Part shown: positions 9,251-19,027 of the stretch, one piece after another | Numbering within the stretch: position 1 is the first letter of the stretch | How the letters are laid out: each line of letters opens with the position of its first letter | Source: a virus | Taxonomy: Duplodnaviria; Caudoviricetes | DNA: 32,882 nt | Strand: one strand, 5' to 3' | Virus record (IMG/VR): IMGVR_UViG_3300020044_007999 | Location: 1-32,882 of that record | Position numbers and translations under genes: made by a program | Notes under the pieces: generated by a model | Told to the model about the DNA's origin: nothing | Seen by the model: the letters and a program-made list of their open reading frames with translations, nothing else | Databases searched by the model: none

Positions 9251-12024
9251 TGGCAAACGAAACTACTGAAATTCTAAGGCTTGTACTGGATGCAGACCAA
9301 GCAATCAAGAAAACTGCTGACCTTAAAAAACAGAGGGATTCACTTGTTGATACAAATAAGGAATTAACTGCTTCTGAAGGAAAGAATTCTGAGGCGGTAC
9401 TGAAAAATGATGCAGCCATTAAAATTCTGAATCAAGAAATTGCCAAGCAAACAAAAGAAACAAATAATCTTGTTAAGGCTCAATTAGCTGCGGAAGGTTC
9501 GAATGATCAATTAAAGGCTCAACTATCAATTCTTACTGCTCAATACAATGCTCTTAGCAAAGCAGAACGTGAAACATCTGTAGTTGGTCAAGCATACGCA
9601 GACCAGATAAATGTAATTACGCAAGAATTAAAAGGAACAGAAGGTGCAATAGGTAATTTTAGAAGGAGTGTAGGTGATTATGAAGGTTCGGTAAAAAGAG
9701 CAGGAACATCATTGTTTGATTTAAAGGCTAGGCTTACCGATTTACAAAAGACAGTTCAAACACTTGACATTAATACTCAGGAGTTTAAGGATGCCAAAGA
9801 TGAGGCAGCAAATCTTGGATTACAGATTGGTCAATTAGAAGGTAAGATTGATGAGTTCGGAAATAAAGAACCAAAGAATCCTGCAAAGAAAGCATTTGAA
9901 GATACATTAAGTAGTGCTGCTGCATTAGGTTCAGGAATTGAACTTGTTAGTCTAGCATTTAGTGATAGTGAAGACGTACAAGCCTCGGTTGCTAAATCTT
10001 TGAAAGCTATTGCAATTGGTCAGCAGTTAGCTAATATAGCAAAGGAAGCAGGGGCAATCATAGATACAATCGCACTTGCTAAATCATCTGCCCTTGCTGC
10101 TGCTAACTTTGTTTTGTCAGGTTCAACTACTTTATTAACAGGAATTACAACTGCATTTGGTGTAGCATCTGGAATAGCTTGGGCAATCGCAACACTAGGA
10201 GTTGCTGCATTGATAGCAGGTATTGTTTTACTTGTTGCAAACTTTGACAAGGTATTAAATGCAGTAACTGATTTTCTTGGATTGACATCCGAACAAGACA
10301 GGGCAGCGAATACATTAAATGAATCCTATGCAGCACAGATAGTTGTTTTAGATGGAATAATTGAAAGAGAAAAAAGTAGAGGTGATATTGTTCAAAGACA
10401 ATACGACAGACAAATAAAACTTTTAAAATCATTAGGGCTTGAAACTCTTGCACTCGAAAAAGAAAAAGGAAAAGCATATCAACAGACATTGCTTGCTCAA
10501 AATGCTGCTGCACAAAAGGAGGCTGACATAATCAAGAAATCAAATAAAGGAACTGCAAAACAATATGGTGATCTTTTAAAATTAATTCAAGAAAACAATA
10601 TAGCAATTCAAGATTCCAAAGACGAAATAACGATTGCAGAAAATGAAGCAAACCTAAAACGAGTTGAAGAAGAAAAAAAGACAAGTGAGAAATTAACGGC
10701 TGCAAAAAAATCAGCAAATGATAAATTGAAAGAAGCACAAAAGAAATATCAAGAAGATATCAAAAGTCTTAACGATGAATTCCTTTTAAATGACAGGCAA
10801 AAATTAGAAAAATCATTTACAGATAAACTTGCTGTAATTAAAGGTAATGGAGAGGAAGAAGTAAAACTACGTGCAGCAATTGAAAAGGCAAAGAAAGAAG
10901 CATTAGATGTATTTGATGCTGAATCTGCTGCTTCTCAATTAGCAAGAGAACAAAAGAAAAAAGATGATATTCTAGCGGTTCAATCAGAATTGTTTAATGC
11001 TCAACAAAGTTTCCTTACAAAGCAACTTGAACTTGATCTGGCTGCTGTTGATTTATCGGTAGCAACTGAAGAAGAAAAGGCAGCTAAAAAATATCAGATA
11101 CAACTTGCATCACTTGAACAACAATTGGCATTAGCTAAAGAGTTTGTAGGTGCAGACGGAGTTATAACTAAAGAAGAACTTCAAGGCATTACGGCTATTG
11201 AACAAGCAATTTCAAAGGCTAAACAAGATGCAACAAAAAAGGGAGATTCAACATTCGGTGCTGCTGTTGGATTATCAAAGGATGATGTAGATGCACTTGC
11301 AACTTCAATTCAACAGATATCTCAAAATGTTTCAGCAATTCAAGGTGCAATAAATGACTCTTATGTTGCTAGGCTAGCAAACATTGATTCAACACAAAAA
11401 GCAGAAACAGATGCTATCAATGCAAGTACATTATCTGAGGCAGAAAAGAAAACAAAGATTGATAAATTAAACAGAGATACTGCGAAGAAAAAGTATGATC
11501 TTGAACTAAAACAATTCAACACTAACAAAGCATTCCAAGTTGCACAGACCATTATTGCAGGAGCGCAAGGTATTGTTGCTGCATTCCAATTAGGACCAAT
11601 TGCAGGTGCGATTGCTGCTGCTGTTATTAGTGGAGTTACATTGGCTCAGTTAAGCATAATTCAAAATTCAACACCACCAACACCACCATCATTTGCAGGA
11701 GGAGTAGTTGGTATGATGGGAGAAGGAAATGGAACAAGTGATTCAATCCCTGCATATTTATCACGAGGCGAATCTGTGATTACTGAACGAGGCACAAACT
11801 TGTCTGAACAAATTAATCCCGGTTATCTTGCTTGGTTGAATAAACCAAATAAGTTTGCTACAGGACTTGATCCTATTCAAAGTAGTTTTATCCCTCCGCA
11901 AACAGTTGATGTAGGTCAACAGATCCGTGAGGCATTATCAAATCTTACAATTGTAACTAAAGTAACTGACATTGATAAGGCTCAAATTGATAGAAGGCAA
12001 GTAAGGGATGTTTCTGTAATCTAA
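9250..12024 (+). CDS. Tail tape measure protein
   Basis: 924 aa, Ala-rich coiled coil, hydrophobic segments, RSVGDY and FAGG..GNGTSDSIPAYLSRGESVI motifs. Confidence 0.92.
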   Translation: MANETTEILRLVLDADQAIKKTADLKKQRDSLVDTNKELTASEGKNSEAVLKNDAAIKILNQEIAKQTKETNNLVKAQLAAEGSNDQLKAQLSILTAQYNALSKAERETSVVGQAYADQINVITQELKGTEGAIGNFRRSVGDYEGSVKRAGTSLFDLKARLTDLQKTVQTLDINTQEFKDAKDEAANLGLQIGQLEGKIDEFGNKEPKNPAKKAFEDTLSSAAALGSGIELVSLAFSDSEDVQASVAKSLKAIAIGQQLANIAKEAGAIIDTIALAKSSALAAANFVLSGSTTLLTGITTAFGVASGIAWAIATLGVAALIAGIVLLVANFDKVLNAVTDFLGLTSEQDRAANTLNESYAAQIVVLDGIIEREKSRGDIVQRQYDRQIKLLKSLGLETLALEKEKGKAYQQTLLAQNAAAQKEADIIKKSNKGTAKQYGDLLKLIQENNIAIQDSKDEITIAENEANLKRVEEEKKTSEKLTAAKKSANDKLKEAQKKYQEDIKSLNDEFLLNDRQKLEKSFTDKLAVIKGNGEEEVKLRAAIEKAKKEALDVFDAESAASQLAREQKKKDDILAVQSELFNAQQSFLTKQLELDLAAVDLSVATEEEKAAKKYQIQLASLEQQLALAKEFVGADGVITKEELQGITAIEQAISKAKQDATKKGDSTFGAAVGLSKDDVDALATSIQQISQNVSAIQGAINDSYVARLANIDSTQKAETDAINASTLSEAEKKTKIDKLNRDTAKKKYDLELKQFNTNKAFQVAQTIIAGAQGIVAAFQLGPIAGAIAAAVISGVTLAQLSIIQNSTPPTPPSFAGGVVGMMGEGNGTSDSIPAYLSRGESVITERGTNLSEQINPGYLAWLNKPNKFATGLDPIQSSFIPPQTVDVGQQIREALSNLTIVTKVTDIDKAQIDRRQVRDVSVI

Positions 12025-12254
12025 TGGGTAGACTAGAACAAATTACCGAACTAACTAAATCAGGACAATTAACTGATTTATTTCGCAATGGATTAATCGG
12101 TTATAAAACATTACTTTACAGAGATATTTATTTTCGAATTGGTGTAAATGATGCACTTGGATTTTCTCAAGTTCAATCTGTTTCTAATGTTGCTGATGAG
12201 TTTGGAGTTTCAGAACGTACAGTTTGGAGAGCAATTAAATTTATGAAAGAATGA
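12024..12254 (+). CDS. Small HTH DNA-binding protein
   Basis: VADEFGVSERTVWRAIK helix-turn-helix. Confidence 0.8.
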   Translation: MGRLEQITELTKSGQLTDLFRNGLIGYKTLLYRDIYFRIGVNDALGFSQVQSVSNVADEFGVSERTVWRAIKFMKE

Positions 12255-13621
12255 CAATAGGAATTATCACACCTCATCAGGATTCGAAGCGCAAAATGTT
12301 CTTGGACAGATTGCGCTTTTACATTGAAAGACAAACGCTAAGACCTGACCATTGGATAGTAGTTGACCACAAAGAAGATGTGTTGGCAAAAGACCTTACA
12401 AAGCGAATCAGGATAGGTTGTGAAAAGGCAATTGAACTTGGTTGTGATGTGGTATTAATTATGGAGGATGATGATTGGTATTCTCCTAACTACATTAAAT
12501 CAATGGTTGAATTTTGGGAGATACATGGCAAACCTGAAATATTTGGAATTGAACAAACACAGTACTATCATATTAAACATGCGCTACACGTTGAGTTAAA
12601 TCACCCAGACAGAGCAAGTTTAATGCATACTTTAATTTCAGTAGAAGGAATTAAAAAGATTGTTTTCCCTGAAGATTCATTTGTCTTTCTTGACATCGAA
12701 TTATGGAAGCAGTTAAAAGGAAAAACATTCAGAACACTACCACCGATTGCAGCTGGAATTAAACACGGGATTGGATCAACTGGTGGTAAAGGGCATCTTG
12801 AAACATTCAAAGGTTATCAATCAGATTCTGAGTTTGTGCATTTACGCAAAATGATTGGTGCTGATGCTGATTTTTACATCAATATTTTCCATCCCGAAAT
12901 AAAGAAAAAGAAAACCATTGCGATTGTTACGGGTGTTTGGCAGAGACCTGAAGTGTTCGAAATGTTTGCCCGTGGAATTGATCATTTGATTAAGAATTCT
13001 GATTTTAATTATCATGTAATTGTAGCAGGTTCAGAAGGTGAAAGATCACGAAAGATGGTTGAATCAAAAGGATATCATTACATTGAGATTGCAAATACTC
13101 CACTAGCAGCGAAGATGAATGCAACAACTATTAAGGCAGGTCAATTAGGATGCGATTACGTTCTTTGTGTTGGCTCTGATGATGTTATTTCGCCAGAGTT
13201 AATGAATGTTTATTCAAAAGAAATTGAAAAAGGAACTGACTTTATTGGAGTAACTGATTTTTATTTCTATGATACGGCAACTAACAAGGCTGCATATTGG
13301 GGTGGTTACAGAGACCATAGGAGGTTGATGCATACAGCAGGAGCAGCAAGATTGATTTCAGCTAGATTGATGTCTAGTTGGAATTGGCATCCCTGGGAAA
13401 ACAAACACAGTCATATCTTGGATAACTCTATGCAAGAGAAGTTAGCTGTAACACCTCATACTGCTGTTGCATTGTCATTAAAGAAGCAAGGTGTTTATGC
13501 TCTTGATATAAAAAGTTCCACCAATATGACACCATTTCAGTTGTGGGACAATACTAATTTCATAGATTTGGATGAAATAAAAAAAGCAATGCCTTATGTG
13601 TGGGATAGCAGGAATATTTAG
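12251..13621 (+). CDS. Two-domain GT-A (GT2-like) glycosyltransferase
   Basis: Domain 1 IITP..DVVLIMEDDDWY; domain 2 IVTGVWQRPE..DYVLCVGSDD. Confidence 0.82.
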   Translation: MTIGIITPHQDSKRKMFLDRLRFYIERQTLRPDHWIVVDHKEDVLAKDLTKRIRIGCEKAIELGCDVVLIMEDDDWYSPNYIKSMVEFWEIHGKPEIFGIEQTQYYHIKHALHVELNHPDRASLMHTLISVEGIKKIVFPEDSFVFLDIELWKQLKGKTFRTLPPIAAGIKHGIGSTGGKGHLETFKGYQSDSEFVHLRKMIGADADFYINIFHPEIKKKKTIAIVTGVWQRPEVFEMFARGIDHLIKNSDFNYHVIVAGSEGERSRKMVESKGYHYIEIANTPLAAKMNATTIKAGQLGCDYVLCVGSDDVISPELMNVYSKEIEKGTDFIGVTDFYFYDTATNKAAYWGGYRDHRRLMHTAGAARLISARLMSSWNWHPWENKHSHILDNSMQEKLAVTPHTAVALSLKKQGVYALDIKSSTNMTPFQLWDNTNFIDLDEIKKAMPYVWDSRNI

Positions 13622-15050
13622 CAAATCACTTCAACCAGAACTCTATCAAAAAGATATAGCAACAATAATGATGGACAAGCAAGTTCATCGGGGACATGAT
13701 AATTTTACTGTTAAAATTCATGGCTCTGCAACTGTTGCCTTTAATAGACTTGCTTTAACAGACATTGATAAACAGCAGCCATCAGATCACACTTGGATAG
13801 TTTATTTGAATGGCGAGATTTATAATTACAAGACATTTGGATATACGGGTTCTGAGGTTGATGTGATAGCAAAAGGATTACGGGATTATGGACTTGAGTT
13901 TATTAATGAATTAAATGGGATGTTTGTAATCTTAGCAATCAAAGGTGATCAAGTTTACATCATTCGTGATAGGTTCGGAATAAAACCTATCTACTATTGG
14001 GAGAGGCATGAAACAATTGTTTTTGCTTCTGAATGCAAAGCTATTGTTGGTCATCCTGAATACATCACATCATTGAATAATAATGTAGCAAGGCAATGGT
14101 TAGTGTTTAATAATGTGTTGACAAATGAAACATTATTTTCAGGAATAAAGAAACTTGAAAAGGGTACGATTTGGCATTTGAATACCGGGAATAAAAAGAA
14201 GTATTGGAGTTGGAATTTCGAACCTACTCAAATAGATTTTAATGAGGCAAAAAACACAGTACTAAATTTATTAAATGAATCAATGGTCGAAAAATACAGA
14301 TCAGATGAAGCAGGAGTATTTGTTTCAGGTGGTGTTGATTCAAACATCATTAGAAACCTTTACAATGAACTTCCAACTTATACTGCATGTTTTGATTCAG
14401 GTGATGAAAGCGAACTTGCTAAACTGCTTGCAAATGATAAACATACTGAGATTTACTTTGATGGGATTTATAAATTAGACAAGACCATTTACCATCTTGA
14501 GGATTTACGAGTTGGAGCAAGTTTTTCAAATTATGGTTTGTATGAATATGCTTCCAAAACAGGATGTAAAGTAATATACGATGGATCAGGCTCTGATGAA
14601 TTGTTTGGAGGCTATCCGTGGAGGTATTCAATTCCTGATTATTATTCAGTAGTTAACCGAACTGGTATTGAAGATGAATATTGCACAGGACTTTTCAATG
14701 AGTTATTTACTGAAGATACTTTGGAGAATCGATTTAAATTCGATGCTGAATATTTCTTAGAAGGTCTTTTGTTGGTCGGTGATAAACTTGGAATGGCTCA
14801 CACAATTGAAGGCAGATATCCATTCTTAGATAATGACCTTGTTGATTTTTGTTTGAAATTACCTAATGAGTTTAAGAATAATAAATTACTTTTGAAAGAA
14901 GCATTTCGTTCAATCCTTCCAAATGAGATTCTTGATGGAGCGAAAAAAGGTTTTAGTTCTCCTGACTTTTTTGAAGGCGAAGGAAACCAAGCAAGAAAAT
15001 GGAGTAATGCAGCATTAACTAAATGGAAAGAAATTTATGAACCATCCTGA
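13596..15050 (+). CDS. asnB: AsnB-family glutamine-dependent amidotransferase
   Basis: MCGIAG Ntn nucleophile, NGEIYN, RDRFGIKP, PP-loop SGGVDS, GSDELFGGY, RYPFLD. Confidence 0.93.
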   Translation: MCGIAGIFSKSLQPELYQKDIATIMMDKQVHRGHDNFTVKIHGSATVAFNRLALTDIDKQQPSDHTWIVYLNGEIYNYKTFGYTGSEVDVIAKGLRDYGLEFINELNGMFVILAIKGDQVYIIRDRFGIKPIYYWERHETIVFASECKAIVGHPEYITSLNNNVARQWLVFNNVLTNETLFSGIKKLEKGTIWHLNTGNKKKYWSWNFEPTQIDFNEAKNTVLNLLNESMVEKYRSDEAGVFVSGGVDSNIIRNLYNELPTYTACFDSGDESELAKLLANDKHTEIYFDGIYKLDKTIYHLEDLRVGASFSNYGLYEYASKTGCKVIYDGSGSDELFGGYPWRYSIPDYYSVVNRTGIEDEYCTGLFNELFTEDTLENRFKFDAEYFLEGLLLVGDKLGMAHTIEGRYPFLDNDLVDFCLKLPNEFKNNKLLLKEAFRSILPNEILDGAKKGFSSPDFFEGEGNQARKWSNAALTKWKEIYEPS

Positions 15051-15558
15051 TCATTCAATTTATGAACAAAGTTTTGATTTTGACGAATCAAACCAAATAC
15101 ATCCAACTGCAATAATTTATCCCAATGTGAAGATGGGGCAGAATAATATCATAGGAGCATATTGCGTAATAGGCTCAAATGGCGAGATTCGTGGAATGCA
15201 AGAATTTGAAGGCTCGGTTGATATTGGAAGTGGTAACACTATATCAGAACTGGTTACAATTCAAAGACCTGCTGCCGTTGATAAGAAAACAATAATCGGA
15301 AATGATAACATTATAATGGCTCATACTCACATAGGGCATGATGCTGTGATAGGTAATAACTGCGAACTATCAACGGGGACAATTGTAGGAGGTTATTGCC
15401 ATATTGAAGATGGTTCAAAAATTAAACTAGGTGTAACGATTCGAAACAGAAAGATAGTTGGTCGTGAGGCTGTTGTTGGAATGGGAGCAGTAGTAACTAA
15501 GGATGTTGAACCAGGTGTTACTGTTGTAGGTAATCCTGCTAAAATATTAATCAAATGA
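15037..15558 (+). CDS. Hexapeptide-repeat (left-handed beta helix) acyl/acetyltransferase, LpxA-like
   Basis: IHPTAII, hexapeptide repeats, AHTHIGHD, VVTKDV..VVGNPAK. Confidence 0.9.
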   Translation: MNHPDHSIYEQSFDFDESNQIHPTAIIYPNVKMGQNNIIGAYCVIGSNGEIRGMQEFEGSVDIGSGNTISELVTIQRPAAVDKKTIIGNDNIIMAHTHIGHDAVIGNNCELSTGTIVGGYCHIEDGSKIKLGVTIRNRKIVGREAVVGMGAVVTKDVEPGVTVVGNPAKILIK

Positions 15559-16310
15559 AATTATGTTATGCATACACAGTATTCAATGGGTTCGAATTAT
15601 TGCAAGGCAGCATCAACCAAATAAAAGATCATGTTGATGAGATAGTTATTTGTTTTCAAGACATTTCTAATCGTGGAAACTTTAATGCAGAGATTGAAAA
15701 TCAAGTTGATCAAATCAAAGGTGTTTCAGTTATTAAATTTGTACCTGATTTAAAAGCCGACACCAAGACAAACGAACTTAATAAGCATAATTTAATGATT
15801 GATGCTGCGAGGCATTTGAATTGCACTCATATTATTGTCAGCGCAACAGATCATTATTATAAATCGGATGAGTTTATTCAGGCTATTGGATTAGGGCAAA
15901 ATTACGATTGCACATTTACATCAATGTACACTTATTACAAGAATCCAACTTGGCAACTAGTTCCGATTGAAGATTACAAGATGCCGTTTATTATGAAAAT
16001 TTATGCTGAAACTAAATTTGTAAAATCAGTTCGTTACCCTGTTGTGGTTGATCCTTCAGTTAAAATAAATACTGTTGGAAGATTTCATGTATTTTCAGAA
16101 TCACAAATTATGCTACATCATTATTCAATGGTTAGAAATGATATTGAAGAAAAATTCATAAATGCAGCCAGTCCTTCAATGGCTCAAATAAAATCAGCAG
16201 GTTATATTGATGAGTTTGAAAATTACAATCCTGAATCAAGTTCTGGAATCAAATACTTTCAAGGTAGAAATATTAAGGTGGTAGATAATTACTTTAATAT
16301 TCAGGGATAA
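15555..16310 (+). CDS. GT-A-like glycosyltransferase (degenerate DxD)
   Basis: FNGFELL..SI..IKDHVDEIV, TDHYY, LHHYSMVR..IEEKF. Confidence 0.65.
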   Translation: MKLCYAYTVFNGFELLQGSINQIKDHVDEIVICFQDISNRGNFNAEIENQVDQIKGVSVIKFVPDLKADTKTNELNKHNLMIDAARHLNCTHIIVSATDHYYKSDEFIQAIGLGQNYDCTFTSMYTYYKNPTWQLVPIEDYKMPFIMKIYAETKFVKSVRYPVVVDPSVKINTVGRFHVFSESQIMLHHYSMVRNDIEEKFINAASPSMAQIKSAGYIDEFENYNPESSSGIKYFQGRNIKVVDNYFNIQG

Positions 16311-16812
16311 TTCCAAGCAAAGCACAATCAGGATTAAACTTCAGTAACTTTAATTGACAACCATTTTTTTTTAGTTCAAGATACAATGCTTTGAAATCCT
16401 TCTGAATCTTTTGAATCATAAAGTCCTTACCTAAGTTTGGATGCCCTGTTATGTCAACTCCTGCTAAATGGATTTCAGTTGCACCCATGTAGAAGGCATG
16501 AACCACAGCAATAAATGGAGAGCATATTGAATGGCAATAAAAATCCTTTCTGCCCAGTTGGCTAACACTTGACCTTTGAGTTGTGAATCGAATTAATTGT
16601 GCAGATCGCAATTGCCTCCACGAATCAAGTTGAGTGAATAATTTTGCTTTGTGATTTATAATGGTTTGCTTTCTATTTGCCGAAAATACAGAAGGATTAT
16701 CACAGACAATCAAGTGATCAACTGGAAAAGGGCAATCGTTAACTCCAACAGTTAGATCATAACTATTGCAATAAAACTTTGAATCACTAAGTCCTGTTAC
16801 TAATGCTGTCAT
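16294..16812 (-). CDS. Maf/DUF115/GT42-like sugar transferase fold protein
   Basis: LVTGLSDS, TVGVND, LIVCD, SPFIAVVHAFYMGATEIHLAGVD. Confidence 0.72.
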   Translation of the reverse strand: MTALVTGLSDSKFYCNSYDLTVGVNDCPFPVDHLIVCDNPSVFSANRKQTIINHKAKLFTQLDSWRQLRSAQLIRFTTQRSSVSQLGRKDFYCHSICSPFIAVVHAFYMGATEIHLAGVDITGHPNLGKDFMIQKIQKDFKALYLELKKNGCQLKLLKFNPDCALLGIIPEY

Positions 16813-16852
16813 TTTGCTGTCAGCAAATGTACTTAATCAATCTTGAACTTTG
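16804..16852. promoter_or_regulatory. Divergent promoter region with palindrome and direct repeat
   Basis: Minus-strand TACATTTG (16824-16831); plus-strand GAACTTTG (16845-16852); palindrome TTTGCTG-T-CAGCAAA 16813-16827; TGCTGTCA twice at 16804 and 16815. Confidence 0.55.
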
Positions 16853-16858
16853 TCCCCG

Positions 16859-17923
16859 ATGGCAGAGATTCACGTTAATATATTTGGGGAAATTGGATGG
16901 GAGAATAATCTTCAATCTGTATCTGCTCAAACCAAATCAGCTACTAAAGACGATTACATCATTCTTCATATTCATTCACCGGGTGGAGAAGTAAATGAAG
17001 GCTTTGCTATTTATGATCACTTGGTAGGATTAGGAATTGATGGTGAAACTCGCATTGAAGGACATTGTGCGTCTATTGCAACAGTTCCTGCAATGGCTTA
17101 CAAAAAAAGAACTATTACTGAAAATTCAAATTTTTTCGTTCACAATCCATGGACATTAGTTGAAGGTGATGCAAGTGCATTGCAAGATACTGCCGAACAA
17201 TTAAAAACAATTGAAAACAGGATTGCTGCATTCTATTCTAAGGTAACAGGGAAGACTGTTGAAGATATGCTTGCATTGATGGCAATCGCAAATGAAATTA
17301 AGCCAACACAAGCTAAAGAACTTGGATTTGTTACTGACATAATTAAACCAGTAATGGCAATGGCTTCACTTAAATCAAACAACCAAATAAATAAAAACCA
17401 AACAGAAACAATTATGGAATTCTTAACCAAAATGAAAGCCGACATGAATAATTTATTCAAAGGGATTAAAAATCAAACAACTGATGTGGTTGCACAGAAT
17501 TCAATTTCGGCAGTATTAGCTGACGGAAATGAAATTGAAATCATTACAGACTCTGATATGCCTGCTGTTGGTGATGCAGTTATAATGGTAGCATCTGGTG
17601 AGGCTGCTCCAAACGGAGATCACACACTTGAAAACGGAACTGTAGTTACTACTTCAGAAGGTATCATTACTGCAATCGTTGAAGCGGTTGTTGAAGCAGA
17701 AGATTTGCAAGTTGAAAACTCAGCATTGAAATCTGAACTTGAATCAGTTAAAGCAGAACTTTTGGAAACTCAAAATTTGTTTACTGAATTCAAAAACAAA
17801 CTAGAAGGAAAGCAAATGGTTTACAATCGTACTCAACGCACATCCTTCGCAGATAAATCAGCAAAAGAATCAAATCGTTTATCAGGTTTGAATTTGCTAG
17901 ATAAAACTAAATATTCAAAATAA
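16859..17923 (+). CDS. ClpP-type head maturation protease fused to scaffold domain
   Basis: HIHSPGG, CASIAT (Ser), FFVHNP (His); acidic/coiled-coil C-terminus; precedes capsid. Confidence 0.9.
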   Translation: MAEIHVNIFGEIGWENNLQSVSAQTKSATKDDYIILHIHSPGGEVNEGFAIYDHLVGLGIDGETRIEGHCASIATVPAMAYKKRTITENSNFFVHNPWTLVEGDASALQDTAEQLKTIENRIAAFYSKVTGKTVEDMLALMAIANEIKPTQAKELGFVTDIIKPVMAMASLKSNNQINKNQTETIMEFLTKMKADMNNLFKGIKNQTTDVVAQNSISAVLADGNEIEIITDSDMPAVGDAVIMVASGEAAPNGDHTLENGTVVTTSEGIITAIVEAVVEAEDLQVENSALKSELESVKAELLETQNLFTEFKNKLEGKQMVYNRTQRTSFADKSAKESNRLSGLNLLDKTKYSK

Positions 17924-17956
17924 ACCAAACAAACCAAAACAAATACCTAAACAAAA

Positions 17957-19006
17957 ATGGCAATTCTAACTCCTTCAGACTTAACTTTCAATGGCGAAGA
18001 AATTCGTTCTATCCGTGATGCGATTATGGAAGCGGTTTACAACAAACCTGCTGTAACCGATTTTCACACAATCTATCAGGACATTGTAACCAAAAAACAA
18101 ATTGTCTTTCTTGGAAGACTTGGTAAAATTAGCCGTGTTGATGCAGGATGTGGTTCATCACCTTTGAATGCAGGAATTTCAATGAGTCAAAAATTCTGGG
18201 AACCAGTTCGTTTCGAAATTTGGTTGTCTGAATGTTACACTAACTTAGAAGATACTTTCTTTGTTTGGTCAAAACAACGTGGAATCAATGAACCTGATTT
18301 GACAGGAACAGACTTTGCTCGTTTCTTAATTGAACGTATGACCGATGCAATGAGCGAAGATGTACTTCGGATGGCTTGGTTGGACGATACAACTGCTGAA
18401 TCAGTTGATTCAACTCCATCAGGTATTCTTTCTTCAGGAGTTAATCCTGCTGACTACAATGCATTTGATGGTTTTTGGAAGCAGTTGTTTGCAATTGGAA
18501 CTCCGCATTATGTAATACCTGAAAATTCAGGAGTAAGTTTCACAGCGCAAGATGCACTTGCAACTGATAGAGCATTACTTGTATTTCGTAGCCTAGAGCA
18601 AAATGCTGACTATCGTTTGAAAGCAGCAACTGACAAAGTTATTATTGCAACTCAATCCCTTGTAGACAACTACGCAACTTATCTTGAAACTCAAGGAAAT
18701 GATGCATCATTCATTCGTATTGAAGAAGGTTTCAGCGTACTTCGTTACAGAAACCAAGTGATTTACGGATTCGATTTGTTAGATCGTTACATCCGTGCAG
18801 ATTTTAACAATGGTACAACTTGGGATCTTCCGCATCGTGCAGTTCTTACAACCAAATCAAACTTGGCTGTTGGTGTTGATGCTGCATCTGCACTTACTGA
18901 TCTTGACAACTGGTTTGAACGTAAAGACAAAACAACTAACTTCCGTGGTGGTTACAAGTTGGATGTGAAAGTTCTTGAAGATTACATGGTATCTCTTGCT
19001 TATTAA
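17957..19006 (+). CDS. Major capsid protein
   Basis: 349 aa after protease; strong A-rich leader; highly biased codons (CGT, AAC, TTC); FDGFWK motif. Confidence 0.85.
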   Translation: MAILTPSDLTFNGEEIRSIRDAIMEAVYNKPAVTDFHTIYQDIVTKKQIVFLGRLGKISRVDAGCGSSPLNAGISMSQKFWEPVRFEIWLSECYTNLEDTFFVWSKQRGINEPDLTGTDFARFLIERMTDAMSEDVLRMAWLDDTTAESVDSTPSGILSSGVNPADYNAFDGFWKQLFAIGTPHYVIPENSGVSFTAQDALATDRALLVFRSLEQNADYRLKAATDKVIIATQSLVDNYATYLETQGNDASFIRIEEGFSVLRYRNQVIYGFDLLDRYIRADFNNGTTWDLPHRAVLTTKSNLAVGVDAASALTDLDNWFERKDKTTNFRGGYKLDVKVLEDYMVSLAY

Positions 19007-19027
19007 TAATTTTAAAAATAAAGAACT

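Noticed and set aside
10080-10240. Hydrophobic stretch suggesting a separate membrane protein
   Set aside because: Part of the tape measure protein, where such segments are usual
13596-15050. Asparagine biosynthesis auxiliary metabolic gene
   Set aside because: Coupled to glycosyltransferases and an acyltransferase; sugar amidation fits better
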